From Candidatus Freyarchaeum deiterrae (GTDB lineage: Archaea; Asgardarchaeota; Jordiarchaeia; Jordiarchaeales; Jordiarchaeaceae), in assembly GCA_037305845.1 (NCBI GenBank), contig CP147778.1:1504001-1568000 (forward strand): DNA of 64,000 nt, read 5' to 3'. Below are positions 47,557-58,238 of the stretch, in pieces. Below the pieces are notes generated by a model, which did no database searches, had not been told where the DNA came from, and worked only from the letters and a program-made list of their open reading frames with translations. Each line of letters starts with the position of its first letter. The first letter of the stretch is position 1. Position numbers and translations under genes: made by a program.

Positions 47557-48393
47557 TTAAAGGCCTAGTAATCTCTCCACTTCCTCTAATACTTTAGGAA
47601 GTATCTCTCCCGCTTTTCCTTCAATTAGATAATCAGAAACAATACCAGTAAGGGGTGTTGGTTCAGCATTAATTTCAATTACTTTGGCGCCCTTTTTATA
47701 ATCCAATGCTCTCTGCAATTCATGAAACCCGAAGTAACTTGCACGGTATCCACCGCGTTCCTTAGCAATTCTCGGTAATTCGGCAGCGGGGTAGACTACA
47801 GCAGATGTGCCGACGACTATCATTAGGTCACAGTTTCTAGCCTCTTCCAGCGACCTGTCCAGAGCGTATCTGGGGATTGGTTCTTCAAATAAAACTGCAT
47901 CAGGTTTTAGTACCCCCTTGCAGTGGTCACATCTGGGCGGCAGTTCTCCATTACTCGCCTTTTCGATAGCCAAATCGTGAGGAAAGCGTTCCCCACAGGA
48001 GATGCACACAACCCTACGAAGATTTCCATGAAACTCTATAACATCAGTGTTTCCTGCAACTTGGTGCATCCCATCCACGTTTTGAGTTATAACGCATCTT
48101 AATCTACCCAGTTCTTCTAATCTGGCAAGTGCTAAATGTGCAGGGTTTGGCTTCGGCTCTAAAGATAGAAGTAACTCGCTTAATTCAAGAGACATTTTCC
48201 AGTAATTTGCCGGATCCCTTAGAAATTTTGAATAGGTAAAATCATCAGGATCATATTTTGTCCATATACCGTCTGTACCTCTGAAATCGGGGATGCCGCT
48301 CTCAGTAGAGATCCCAGCTCCAGTCAGAGCAACAATTTTTCCCGCACCCACAATGTCCTTTGCGGCTCTTTTTATTTCTTCTTCGGTATACAA
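47557..48393 (-). CDS. cobB: Sir2-family NAD-dependent deacylase
   Basis: LTGAGISTESGIPDFRG, ITQNVDG, HG, two CxxC motifs, GTSAVVYPAA. Confidence 0.93.
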   Translation of the reverse strand: MYTEEEIKRAAKDIVGAGKIVALTGAGISTESGIPDFRGTDGIWTKYDPDDFTYSKFLRDPANYWKMSLELSELLLSLEPKPNPAHLALARLEELGRLRCVITQNVDGMHQVAGNTDVIEFHGNLRRVVCISCGERFPHDLAIEKASNGELPPRCDHCKGVLKPDAVLFEEPIPRYALDRSLEEARNCDLMIVVGTSAVVYPAAELPRIAKERGGYRASYFGFHELQRALDYKKGAKVIEINAEPTPLTGIVSDYLIEGKAGEILPKVLEEVERLLGL

Positions 48394-48910
48394 TTCTCTC
48401 CGCTCCTTGGATAAAAATTATGAATTACTTAAGTATACTAATTTATTATTTCTTAAAAATGTGCCCAAAAAAAGAATTTCAAACAAAAACCCATCTATTA
48501 AATACGAAATTTAATGAATCTGGTGAGTTTATGGAAATTCAATTTTGTAAAGGAGTATAGAATTGAAAGAATTTTTGATTTAAAAAAGAGATTCACGAAA
48601 GATTTAAATTATTCATCCAATCATCTGTCAAAATATAAAAGCGTACTCATACTCGCGAAAGGAAAGCAAGTTTTTACTCCGCTTACCCTAAAAATTACTA
48701 TACTGATTAAATCAGTGCTGCAATAACCATTTGGTAAGCAGTAGTTTATCGCCTTGAAATAATAGTAAAAATGAAGACTGAAAAATAGCTGTGTGAACTG
48801 CGATAAAGAGTGAAATTTTAATTTTAGTGAAGAGTCCAACAAGTCACTCAATTCAATCTAAAATTAGGGGGACATACCGTCTACCTAATATTAGATAATG
48901 AGGAAATCGT

Positions 48911-50200
48911 ATGCCGACTGAGGAAAATCCGATAGATATTAACGGTTTCAAGATTTGTCTTTCCAGCCATTCATTTTACCCATATGTAGGCGGGGTTTCG
49001 TATTATCTTTATTACCTTTCTCAAGAATTTTTGAGAAGGAAATATGAGGTTTATGAGGTACATCTAGGAAACCACTCGATGCCCTCTGAGGAATTGGTGG
49101 AGGGTGTGAAGGTATATAGAGTGGGGGTGGGTAGTAAAAAGGAGGATTGGAATCGCTACTCTATTTTTAAGGAAAGACTTTATGAACAAATCCACGGATT
49201 GAGAACCGAAGGAGGATGGAGCAGAGAAGGGTGCAAAGAGTTCGTTAAATTTAATAAAGCAGTAGCTTCAAAGATTACGCAGCTTTGTTCTGATAAAAAA
49301 ATAAATATAGTTAACCCTAATGATTGGCAGCTCTATCTGACACCGGATTATTTAGACTTTTCAGTTCCTGTAGTTTATACATGGCACGTTCCATTCACTA
49401 GTAATATGGGAGACGATTTAGGGAGACAGGCAGCGACTCGATTGAAGAAGTGTGATAAAGTAGTTTTTTCAATTCATGAGTATTTGGACCATGCTAAATC
49501 TTTAGGCGTACCAGAAGAAAAACTGGTTTGTATTCATCCATTTGTTGACCCGAGTAGATTTGACCTAGATGAAAAGGAAGGTTACAAATACAAAAAGGAA
49601 AAAGGCATTCCTTTAGAGTCAGAGATAGTACTATGCGTTGCAAGAATAGATCCAGTCAAAAGCCATGAAGAGCTTCTAAAAGCGTTCTCTATAATTAAAA
49701 AAGAACGCCAAAATGCCAAACTTGTTTGTGTGGGAAATGGATCCATTAGCAATGATGTTCTAGGAATTAGAACGCAAAGAAAGGAGAAGATCCTGAAATT
49801 AATGAGAGAATTTGACTTGGAAGGTGACACAATTTTTCTAGGGCATGTTCCTCACGAGGACATTCCTAAGATTTATAAAATGGCAGACGTGGTCGTTCTT
49901 CCCTCAAAGATGGAAGGATTTGGATTGTCACTCACAGAAGCTATGGCTGCGGAGAAACCAGTTGTCGCATACAACGTAGGAGGAGTAGGTGTACAGATTG
50001 AAGACGGTTTCAACGGATTTCTAATAGAGCAAGGAGATTTTGTGGGATTAGCAGAAAAAACTTGTGAAGTACTCTCTGACAAGGAACTTAACAAGGTAAT
50101 GGGCGAGAGAGCGAAACAAGTTGTCAAGGAGAAGTTCAATGTAAGAAAAGCGGCGGAGGAGTATCTGAGATTATATCAAGAGGTTATTAATGCGAGGTAA
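48911..50200 (+). CDS. GT4-family glycosyltransferase
   Basis: YVGGV, VARIDPVKS, PSKMEGFGLSLTEAMAAEKPVV. Confidence 0.88.
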   Translation: MPTEENPIDINGFKICLSSHSFYPYVGGVSYYLYYLSQEFLRRKYEVYEVHLGNHSMPSEELVEGVKVYRVGVGSKKEDWNRYSIFKERLYEQIHGLRTEGGWSREGCKEFVKFNKAVASKITQLCSDKKINIVNPNDWQLYLTPDYLDFSVPVVYTWHVPFTSNMGDDLGRQAATRLKKCDKVVFSIHEYLDHAKSLGVPEEKLVCIHPFVDPSRFDLDEKEGYKYKKEKGIPLESEIVLCVARIDPVKSHEELLKAFSIIKKERQNAKLVCVGNGSISNDVLGIRTQRKEKILKLMREFDLEGDTIFLGHVPHEDIPKIYKMADVVVLPSKMEGFGLSLTEAMAAEKPVVAYNVGGVGVQIEDGFNGFLIEQGDFVGLAEKTCEVLSDKELNKVMGERAKQVVKEKFNVRKAAEEYLRLYQEVINAR

Positions 50201-51449
50201 GATAATGAGGATCTGTCTTCTGAGCTACAGAGGAAACATGTACTGCGGTGGACAAGGCGTTTACCTTTACAACCTCTCAAAAGCGTTAGCTGAATTAGGG
50301 AATGAGGTTCATGTAATAGTGGGGCCCCCTTATCCCTTCAAAATGAAATGGGCTACAGTGCACAAAATCAAAACGCCTAGATTTAATGAACTTAACGGAG
50401 ACAGAATAACCTCAGAAAACTTATCCCCTCTAACATTTTACGAGTATATGGCCGCCAAATTTGGAAACTTTCCTGAGATATTTGGTTTCAGTATCCGAGC
50501 GTTTTTTAAGATCAAAGAATTGATTAAGGATTATCCGTTTGACATTATTCACGACAACCAGTGTATAGGTTACGGCCTTCTCTTAATGAAAGCTCTACAC
50601 ATCCCATTAGTGGCTACAATACATCACCCGCTACCAATTGATAGGCAAATAGCAATGTACCTGTCTGAAGACGCAAAGACGAAGTTAAAACAGATACTAT
50701 TCTATCCACAATTTATGCAGAAGATAGTAGCGAAGAGAATTGACAGAATAATAACGGTCTCAGAGTTTTCTAAAAACGAGATAGTTAAGCACTTCAAAGT
50801 ACCTGGGGATAGAATAAGTGTTGTTCATAACGGGGTGGATACAGAGTTATTCCACGTAAGAGAAAAACCAAATAAAAACTCCGGCAGCGACGATTACAAT
50901 ATAACTTTCGTTGGCAATTGTGAGAACCGTGTCAAGGGCCTACCGCTCCTTCTTAAAACTATGAGGTATCTTAAAGATAATTCGGGAATGAAAATTAAGC
51001 TGACCATAGTCGATAAGTGGAAGGAAGAGGGAATCGCGCCTCCGCTAATAAAAAGATACGGCTTAGGAGAGGATATAGAATTCACGGGATTTCTAACCTT
51101 TGAAGAATTATCGAAACAATACGCAATAACAGATCTAATAATAATTCCCTCGCTTTTCGAAGGATTCTGCTTCCCTTCAGTTGAAGCAATGGCTTGCGGA
51201 ACCCCGGTAGTAGCATTCAAGGTGGGGGCACTCCCACAGGTTATGGAGAACGGAACGACTGGAATACTGGTGGATCCCGGTGATTGGAGAGCTATGGCTA
51301 ATGCTGTAGCAAAAATCCTAAAGAACAAAGAACTTAGAGAAAGCATGGGAAAAAAAGGCAGAGAAAGAGTTGAGAAACTCTTCACTTGGAAAAACTCCGC
51401 GGAACAGGTTATAGAAATTTACAGAGGGATCATAAATGCTCACCGTTAA
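50190..51449 (+). CDS. GT4-family glycosyltransferase
   Basis: LLSYRGN..CGGQGVY, HDNQ, PSLFEGF..EAMACGTP. Confidence 0.88.
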   Translation: MRGKIMRICLLSYRGNMYCGGQGVYLYNLSKALAELGNEVHVIVGPPYPFKMKWATVHKIKTPRFNELNGDRITSENLSPLTFYEYMAAKFGNFPEIFGFSIRAFFKIKELIKDYPFDIIHDNQCIGYGLLLMKALHIPLVATIHHPLPIDRQIAMYLSEDAKTKLKQILFYPQFMQKIVAKRIDRIITVSEFSKNEIVKHFKVPGDRISVVHNGVDTELFHVREKPNKNSGSDDYNITFVGNCENRVKGLPLLLKTMRYLKDNSGMKIKLTIVDKWKEEGIAPPLIKRYGLGEDIEFTGFLTFEELSKQYAITDLIIIPSLFEGFCFPSVEAMACGTPVVAFKVGALPQVMENGTTGILVDPGDWRAMANAVAKILKNKELRESMGKKGRERVEKLFTWKNSAEQVIEIYRGIINAHR

Positions 51450-52140
51450 ATTAAATCTCTTGCAGATCTTGGAGAATGATATAGTTCTGGATGCGGGGTG
51501 CGGCACCGGTCGGCACACCATGGAAGCCGGCAAGTGGCACGATTCCAAATTTGTAGCAGTCGATAGATTACTAAGTGAATTAAAAAGACTGAAATATGTC
51601 CTAGACCTTATGGCAGTAAAGGGTGAATTAAAGGGAAACATGGTTCTAATTGTGGGAGATGTTCTTCAGCTTCCCTTCAAAGATGAAGCTTTCACAAAAA
51701 TAATCTGCACCGAAGTTTTAGAGCACTTGTACAAAGATAGAGAGGGGATAAAGGAACTAGTAAGAGTTCTGAAAAACCATGAGGAAATGGCGGTTAGTGT
51801 TCCAACACCATACACCGAACATCTATTTGGCAGCCTTTCATACGACTACTTTAGAACACCAGGCGGCCATGTCAGAATCTTTAAGAAAAGGGAGTTATTA
51901 CAAAAACTACGAAAAGGCGGCTTGAAAATACAATACGTCTGTCACGAACACGCTTTCCATTCTATTTTCTGGATGCTAAAATGCCTATGCGACCTGAAAA
52001 ATCAAAAGGCTTTAATTCCTGCTTTCTGGGAAAAAATAATAATCTTCTCTATGCGGATTAAATTACTTAAAAAAATCGAAAACTTCTGGAATAATCTCTT
52101 CCCAAAAAGTATAGTAGTCTATACTAGAAAGGAAATTTAA
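51436..52140 (+). CDS. Class I SAM-dependent methyltransferase
   Basis: LDAGCGTGRH, LPFKD, EVLEH, GGHVRIF. Confidence 0.88.
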   Translation: MLTVKLNLLQILENDIVLDAGCGTGRHTMEAGKWHDSKFVAVDRLLSELKRLKYVLDLMAVKGELKGNMVLIVGDVLQLPFKDEAFTKIICTEVLEHLYKDREGIKELVRVLKNHEEMAVSVPTPYTEHLFGSLSYDYFRTPGGHVRIFKKRELLQKLRKGGLKIQYVCHEHAFHSIFWMLKCLCDLKNQKALIPAFWEKIIIFSMRIKLLKKIENFWNNLFPKSIVVYTRKEI

Positions 52141-52237
52141 AACAGAAAAGTTACGCTTAATTTTACATGAGAGAATTTAGATTCGGAACTAATTCTCGCA
52201 CAAATAATTATTTTTCCGAGAGGGCGATGAAACCGCA

Positions 52238-52993
52238 ATGGAATCATCTAAAAACAAAAAAATCCAAGACAAAAACTTTTGGAATATCTGGTTTAAAGTG
52301 GTGCATAAAAGTTACGTACCACACAGTCACATTTTTCAACAAATCCTCAATCAACTCAATTACAATGTAAAAGGATTAAAAATTTTAGAGATTGGTGCAG
52401 GAACAGGTAGAGACAGTTGGCTTTTAGCCAAGTATGGAGCGCAATCTTACGCACTAGACTATGCCACATCAAAAATGATCAAAAAAAAATTCTATTCAGA
52501 TAATCTACCTTTAATTTGTATTCAGGCCGATGGGGAAAATCTACCGTTCAAAGATAAATTCTTTGACTTTGTATTTTCACAGGGTTTAATTGAGCATTTC
52601 CGAGATCCAGAAAAACTGATTAAAGAACAAATCCGCGTGCTTAAAAATCAAGGGTATATTATAATTGATGCACCACAAACATATTCTCTGTATAACATAT
52701 ACAAAACCGTTTTAATCTTTTTTGACAATTGGCCCATGGTATGGGAGAGGAGTTACTCTGTTCAAGACATGAAAAAAATTGGTAGGAAATACGCCCTCAA
52801 ACTGGTAAAGCTCACGGGATGGGATATCTGGCCTTTATTCATCAGAAACTTGCACAAAACAGAAATTGGGAAAAAAAGCATTTTCCCAAAAAAGCTGAAA
52901 CAACAAATAGAAACACATTGGAGGAGATTTGAAAACACCAAACCCGCAGCGTACACAGCTATGAATATAACGGCTATATTCCAAAAAATATGA
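52238..52993 (+). CDS. Class I SAM-dependent methyltransferase
   Basis: LEIGAGTG, LPFKD..FD.V.SQGLIEHF, RVLK. Confidence 0.85.
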   Translation: MESSKNKKIQDKNFWNIWFKVVHKSYVPHSHIFQQILNQLNYNVKGLKILEIGAGTGRDSWLLAKYGAQSYALDYATSKMIKKKFYSDNLPLICIQADGENLPFKDKFFDFVFSQGLIEHFRDPEKLIKEQIRVLKNQGYIIIDAPQTYSLYNIYKTVLIFFDNWPMVWERSYSVQDMKKIGRKYALKLVKLTGWDIWPLFIRNLHKTEIGKKSIFPKKLKQQIETHWRRFENTKPAAYTAMNITAIFQKI

Positions 52994-53064
52994 ACCTAAA
53001 ACATAAACATTACGGCATTTTAACTCGCACCCTTTGAATACCAAAAAATTAATACAAGAGAATA

Positions 53065-54462
53065 TTAGTTTGAGAATTTTTTCAAAATTTGCCCATACTG
53101 AGCCAAATGCGCTAGAGCTTTTGCGCCTCTTTCGGGAGTGGGGTATACTGGTATTCCACCTTTTTCTAGTTTAGCTAAGTCTTCATCCAGTGTATTCCTA
53201 GGTCCGTTTAGCACCACTACAATCGGCTTTTCATATTCTTTACTGAACTGGATGAGTTCCTCGCAAGGGCATCCCATCATTGGAAAGTATAATTGAAAGA
53301 AGATAAGAGCATCGATGTTTTTATCCTCAAGAGCTAGCTTAGAAGCCTTCGCCTTCATTTCAGGAAGCGAAGCAAATGCCAAGTCAACTGGATTTGTTCT
53401 AATGGTATAGGGGGGCAGAATCTCCTCGAACTTTTTGTTAGTCTCCTCAGTAAATGGAGTTACAATTAGTCCGTTCATAGCGCATACATCACATAAAACT
53501 AAACCGGCTCCGGCTTGCTGGGTGAGCACAGCAATTCTATTTCCAGCAGGAGCATGTTGAAATGCAAGCGCTTTAGCCGCGTCCAAAAGTTCAATAGGAT
53601 CGTCAACAGGGATAACTCCTGCTTGTTTAAACATAGCATTGTAAAGTTTATAATCCCCCGCCAGCGAACCAGTGTGGGAATAGGCGGCTTTATTTATATC
53701 CGTTTTTCCCACTTTGTAGGCGACTATAGGTTTCTCTTTCACCACTTTCTTGGCGACTTCCATAAAAGATCTTGTATTGTTTAGTCCTTCTATATGTATA
53801 GCTATCACATCAGTCTCATCGTCATATAATAAGTATTCCAAAATTTCTGGGAAATCAACGTTAACTCGATTACCCAGACTCGCAATTTTGCTTATGCCGA
53901 TGTTCTCATCCAAAGCCATATTGCATAATATTGAGGAAATCCCACCACTCTGACAGAAAACGGCTATATTACCCTTCTTCAAATTGCCGAAGAAGGGATT
54001 AAACGAGGCATTTAAGCCTCTGTGTATATTTGCAAAACCAATTGTGTTCGGACCGATTATCTTTATTCCTGCCTCGTTTGCAACTGACGCCATCTCTTCC
54101 TGTAGTTTTTCACCTTCAGCACCAATTTCTTTGAAAAGTGCAGTGATTATTGAAGCAGCTTTTACTCCCTTCTGAGCGCATTCTCTCAAAACATCAAGTA
54201 TCATCCCAGCCGGAACAACTATAATTGCTAAATCAATATCCTCTGGAACGTCGCTGATTGAAGGGTACACCTTTCTTCCTTCTAATTCCTTGAAACGGGG
54301 ATTGACTAGAAACACTTTGCCATTGTAGTTTAACATAGAATACATGGCGTAAAATCCGAGTTTTGTAAAGTCAGAAGTTGCACCAATCACAGCCACGGAA
54401 TCAGCATAAAAAAGCTTCCTGAATTCTTCAACGATTCTATTTTTCATGCTATCATCTTCCAT
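53065..54462 (-). CDS. ADP-forming acyl-CoA synthetase (ACD), alpha subunit
   Basis: SVAVIGA, IIGPNTIG, QSGG, SLGNRV, SHTGSLAG, NPVDL, PTPER. No beta subunit adjacent. Confidence 0.9.
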   Translation of the reverse strand: MEDDSMKNRIVEEFRKLFYADSVAVIGATSDFTKLGFYAMYSMLNYNGKVFLVNPRFKELEGRKVYPSISDVPEDIDLAIIVVPAGMILDVLRECAQKGVKAASIITALFKEIGAEGEKLQEEMASVANEAGIKIIGPNTIGFANIHRGLNASFNPFFGNLKKGNIAVFCQSGGISSILCNMALDENIGISKIASLGNRVNVDFPEILEYLLYDDETDVIAIHIEGLNNTRSFMEVAKKVVKEKPIVAYKVGKTDINKAAYSHTGSLAGDYKLYNAMFKQAGVIPVDDPIELLDAAKALAFQHAPAGNRIAVLTQQAGAGLVLCDVCAMNGLIVTPFTEETNKKFEEILPPYTIRTNPVDLAFASLPEMKAKASKLALEDKNIDALIFFQLYFPMMGCPCEELIQFSKEYEKPIVVVLNGPRNTLDEDLAKLEKGGIPVYPTPERGAKALAHLAQYGQILKKFSN

Positions 54463-54911
54463 TTTAAAACCAATAATTATTAATTTCAGTGTATTGCGCC
54501 ATCTCGTAGAAATTAATTGATATTTATATCCTTTAGACGAGCTACTTTATAATTAAGAATACTAGCGATTAGTACTTGGTTAACAATTTACACTCAAATC
54601 AAAGACTTATTCTAACTTTTTTATCTTTCTCAACGATTTATTTTTTTAAATCTCAAGAGGGATAATATGCAAATCGCTGGGTTCCATAAAAGCTTAGAAA
54701 TATATTTATAGCAATTTTAAAATTAAAAGAAAAATTTACCAAAAGGAAACACAAAATTAATTTGTGCTAAATATCAGGTCGACTATTTTGTTGTTGAGAA
54801 CCCTAAGAAAATAGCGTAACACAAAGTAATAATTGAAAGTCAATGTTCAAATTTCATCGTGGGTGAAGAGAAGAGTGGAAGCAGCATTAAAACGTAAGTT
54901 TATCAAATTTG

Positions 54912-55358
54912 TTATTTTTCCCAATAGCTTTCTTTTTCTTTTGAAATCCACTCAAATCCATAGGTTTTTAATGCCTCATTTACTGCGCCCCAAACTTCTT
55001 TCCCTAAATATGTTTTTGGTTTAATTATAATTTTATCACCTGTTAATTCAAAATTCAGCATAAGCTGGTACTCGCTAAGCTCCTCCTTTACCGCTTCCAA
55101 GATCAAGTCCCTTTTCTCGCCGGAATCGATGATCTTCTTTATTCTCTCTTCTTGAACGCGTTTAACATAGTCGTCCCACATATATACGGGGGGAGAAGAA
55201 GTTAGCAGAGCCGCTATTAGTTGCGCCTCATCTTTTATTCCAGGTTTGGGTTCCTTGAAAACTTCACGTATAGCCTTCCGAGCTATTTTGATAAGACTTA
55301 CATATCTTTGCGCAGCAAAGTTAACAAACCCCTTATCTTCATAATCCATTTGCATCAC
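54912..55358 (-). CDS. Hypothetical protein (148 aa)
   Basis: GGAGAGGTG RBS upstream; no family recognised. Confidence 0.65.
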   Translation of the reverse strand: MMQMDYEDKGFVNFAAQRYVSLIKIARKAIREVFKEPKPGIKDEAQLIAALLTSSPPVYMWDDYVKRVQEERIKKIIDSGEKRDLILEAVKEELSEYQLMLNFELTGDKIIIKPKTYLGKEVWGAVNEALKTYGFEWISKEKESYWEK

Positions 55359-55687
55359 CTCTCCTTTTTGGAAAATTTTACCCCATATTAATTTATCACT
55401 ATAATTTATTACTTTTTTTACTCTTATTCTTCAAACCCGATTCATCAATTATTTACCAAATTTTTCATAGTAATGCGATAACAGTTTATTAACATTGAAC
55501 AAAAAGAAAGAGATATAACTCGTCTGTGAAAACCAGAAAAGAAAAATAGAAGGGTATATCCTCTGCATCAAAGGCGCGAATGCGCTGCTTTATCCTCCCC
55601 TGGGCATCTCAACTAGTTATATTCTTTCAATGGCTGTTAGTTACCTAGGCTCAGTATTCGTGTAAGTCTGCCGGTTTGACAGCCCTA

Positions 55688-55870
55688 TTAACTCATGGCA
55701 AGGTCTTCTGCTTTTACGGTCTTCCGACCATTTTTCTGAGCGTTCGCAATGCCAGTATCTATAATTTTTTCCACATATTTGTTAATAACATCGAAAGCGT
55801 CGGAAGCGCAAAGCATTCCTTTTTTGTTTACTTCTTCTTTTACAGCTTTTTTCACAACGAAATCCGCCAT
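55688..55870 (-). CDS. Short-type histone-fold protein (alpha3 class; face-to-face or bacterial-like)
   Basis: MADFVVKKAVKE...A..NGRKTVKAEDL with the RKTV and DL motifs; GGTGAG RBS. Confidence 0.85.
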   Translation of the reverse strand: MADFVVKKAVKEEVNKKGMLCASDAFDVINKYVEKIIDTGIANAQKNGRKTVKAEDLAMS

Positions 55871-56249
55871 ACTCTCACCACACAATTGAGTGCTTTTTTA
55901 TATTATTAAAAATTTTTTAAATTTGCGACACTTACCCATATATGAATAGACGTATAGTATAAATATTTTACGCTATTAATTCTATATCAAAAATTATGCT
56001 AGTAATATAAAGGAAGGTAATATTTTACAAAATTACTCATCTCAAAAAATATATTCATTCAGCTTAGTGTATTCCTAGGCTATTTCATATCTGGCCCTAT
56101 ACTGAAAGCTTTCTTCCTAATTAATAAATTTTAATATTTTTTATAATTATTAATTATTATTTAATTTTATTCTGGACTATCAAAAAAGTAATCTCTAAAG
56201 GAAATGGAGATATTCTTTAGAATAGAATTTTCCCCCGGTTGGAGACGTC

Positions 56250-57125
56250 ATGTTTCATATAAAGCGAATTGAAAACCCGGAACAATTCGAAAAATGTAGT
56301 GAGCTTGAGAGACTTGTCTGGGGTACTGAGGAATCGACCCCAACACCTTTGCTTATTGCGCTTCAACATAATGGAGGGTTGCTACTTGGTGCATTTGACA
56401 ATGAAAACTTAGTAGGGTTTTGTCTCGGATTCACGGGGCGTAAAGGTAAACAGTTGTACTTTTACTCTCATCAAACAGGGGTTTTGCCTGAACTTCAAAA
56501 TGCGGGTATTGGCTATCAGTTGAAGATGAAGCAAAGAGAGTGTGTAATAAGAATGGGTTTAAAGCTGATGGAGTGGACTTTTGATCCTTTGCGGGGGTTG
56601 AATGGGAACTTTAACTTTAGAAAGTTGGGTGTAATCTGCCGAACCTATATCCCCAACTATTATGGTATTATGAGAGACGAATTAAACGCAGGGATGCCAA
56701 GCGACAGATTCATGGTGGAATGGTGGCTAAAATCTAAGAGGGTTGTAGACAGAGAGCGTGGCAAGACCCCGGCTCCCCATTTTAAACAATTTTTATCAAA
56801 AGGAACAGAATTCGCAAATGAAACCGAAATGTTGGAAAAAGGAATTAGAAGGTTCACAAAAACCAATTTTAATTTAAATTCAAGTTTTATACTTCTCGAA
56901 ATCCCGGAAAACATTAGAAAGATCAAAGAGACCAATATGAATTTGGCTATAGAATGGTGCGAAAAAATCAGACCCACATTTTTAAATTATTTCAGTAAAG
57001 GATACGCGGTCAGTGACTTCATTTCAGAAAAGATTGAAGGCGAGAGGCGTAACTTCTATTTGCTTTCGAAGTACCATTTATTGGAAGATGAGCTAAAAGA
57101 AATTAAAGTATCTTTTAACAGGTAA
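56250..57125 (+). CDS. GNAT-family N-acyl(succinyl)transferase
   Basis: YSHQTGV.P..QNAGIGYQLK..QRE, WTFDPL, NYYG..DELNAG.PSDRF.VEW; directly upstream of NSAR/OSBS. Confidence 0.85.
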   Translation: MFHIKRIENPEQFEKCSELERLVWGTEESTPTPLLIALQHNGGLLLGAFDNENLVGFCLGFTGRKGKQLYFYSHQTGVLPELQNAGIGYQLKMKQRECVIRMGLKLMEWTFDPLRGLNGNFNFRKLGVICRTYIPNYYGIMRDELNAGMPSDRFMVEWWLKSKRVVDRERGKTPAPHFKQFLSKGTEFANETEMLEKGIRRFTKTNFNLNSSFILLEIPENIRKIKETNMNLAIEWCEKIRPTFLNYFSKGYAVSDFISEKIEGERRNFYLLSKYHLLEDELKEIKVSFNR

Positions 57126-57131
57126 GGATTA

Positions 57132-58238
57132 ATGTTTATAGACAAGGTTGAACTCAGAGAAATACAAATGGAGTATGTCTCCCCTTTCGAAACAAGTCTA
57201 GGAAGGGAATACCACAAAAGGGCGATAATTGTTAGAATTGAGGCGCAAGGGTCTGAGGGATTCGGGGAGTGCGTAGCGGAAAAGAGTCCTTGGTACTCGT
57301 ATGAAACTATTGAAACTGCCTGGCATGTTTTATCCCAGTTTATGATTCCAATAATCCTAAAAAAGGATGTGGTGGGCCCTGAAGCTTTCTTGTCTATGTT
57401 GCGCCGGATCCGGGGGCATAACATGGCGCTTGCGGCAATCGAAGAAGCGTTTATTGATGCTTATGCAAAGGTTGGAAAAACTTCTCTCTCAAAATTACTA
57501 GGCGGAGTGAGAAACAGAATTGAGAGCGGAGTAAGTATAGGAATACAGGATAACGTTGAAAAATTATTAAAAACCATTGGAAACTACTTGGAACAGCGCT
57601 ATCGTAGGATAAAAATAAAAATAAAGCCGCAATGGGACCTCGAGATAGTTGGAAAAGTGAGAGAAGTCTATCCTAACATAAGTCTAATGGTGGATGCTAA
57701 CGGTGCTTACACAATCAAGGATACGAAGCATCTCAAAGAACTTGACAAGTATAATCTTTTAATGATAGAACAACCCCTAGATTATGACGACTTAATCGAC
57801 CACGCCGAACTCCAGAGCAAAATGGAAACCCCCATATGCCTCGATGAAAGCATCCCCAATCTGAACAGTGCTCAAGCTGCACTCAAACTAGGTAGTTGCA
57901 GAATAATCAACATAAAAGTGGGAAGGATTGGAGGATTGCAAAAAGCAAAGAGAATTCACGATTACTGCCAAGAAAGAGGTGTACCCGTGTGGTGTGGTGG
58001 AATGTTGGAGACGGGTATAGGACGAGCAATTAACGTAGCAATAGCAAGTTTACCCAATTATAAGTTACCCAATGATATATCAGCCAGCAATCGTTACTAC
58101 TCCGAAGACTTAGTTGAACCGCCGTTTCAGCTTAACCATGATGGAACCATAACAGTCCCCCAAAAACCAGGGATAGGAGTAGAAGTAGTAAAAGAACGCT
58201 TAGAAAAAGTAACTAAAAAAATGAGAATCTTCAACTAG
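57132..58238 (+). CDS. menC: o-succinylbenzoate synthase / N-succinylamino-acid racemase (enolase superfamily)
   Basis: PFETS.G, KIKI, DANGAY, EQPL, LDES, NIKVGRIGG, WCGGMLE, DISAS.RY. Confidence 0.88.
   Translation: MFIDKVELREIQMEYVSPFETSLGREYHKRAIIVRIEAQGSEGFGECVAEKSPWYSYETIETAWHVLSQFMIPIILKKDVVGPEAFLSMLRRIRGHNMALAAIEEAFIDAYAKVGKTSLSKLLGGVRNRIESGVSIGIQDNVEKLLKTIGNYLEQRYRRIKIKIKPQWDLEIVGKVREVYPNISLMVDANGAYTIKDTKHLKELDKYNLLMIEQPLDYDDLIDHAELQSKMETPICLDESIPNLNSAQAALKLGSCRIINIKVGRIGGLQKAKRIHDYCQERGVPVWCGGMLETGIGRAINVAIASLPNYKLPNDISASNRYYSEDLVEPPFQLNHDGTITVPQKPGIGVEVVKERLEKVTKKMRIFN

Noticed and set aside
55632-55684. SECIS element
   Set aside because: The upstream histone has no in-frame TGA and I see no convincing SECIS core motif.
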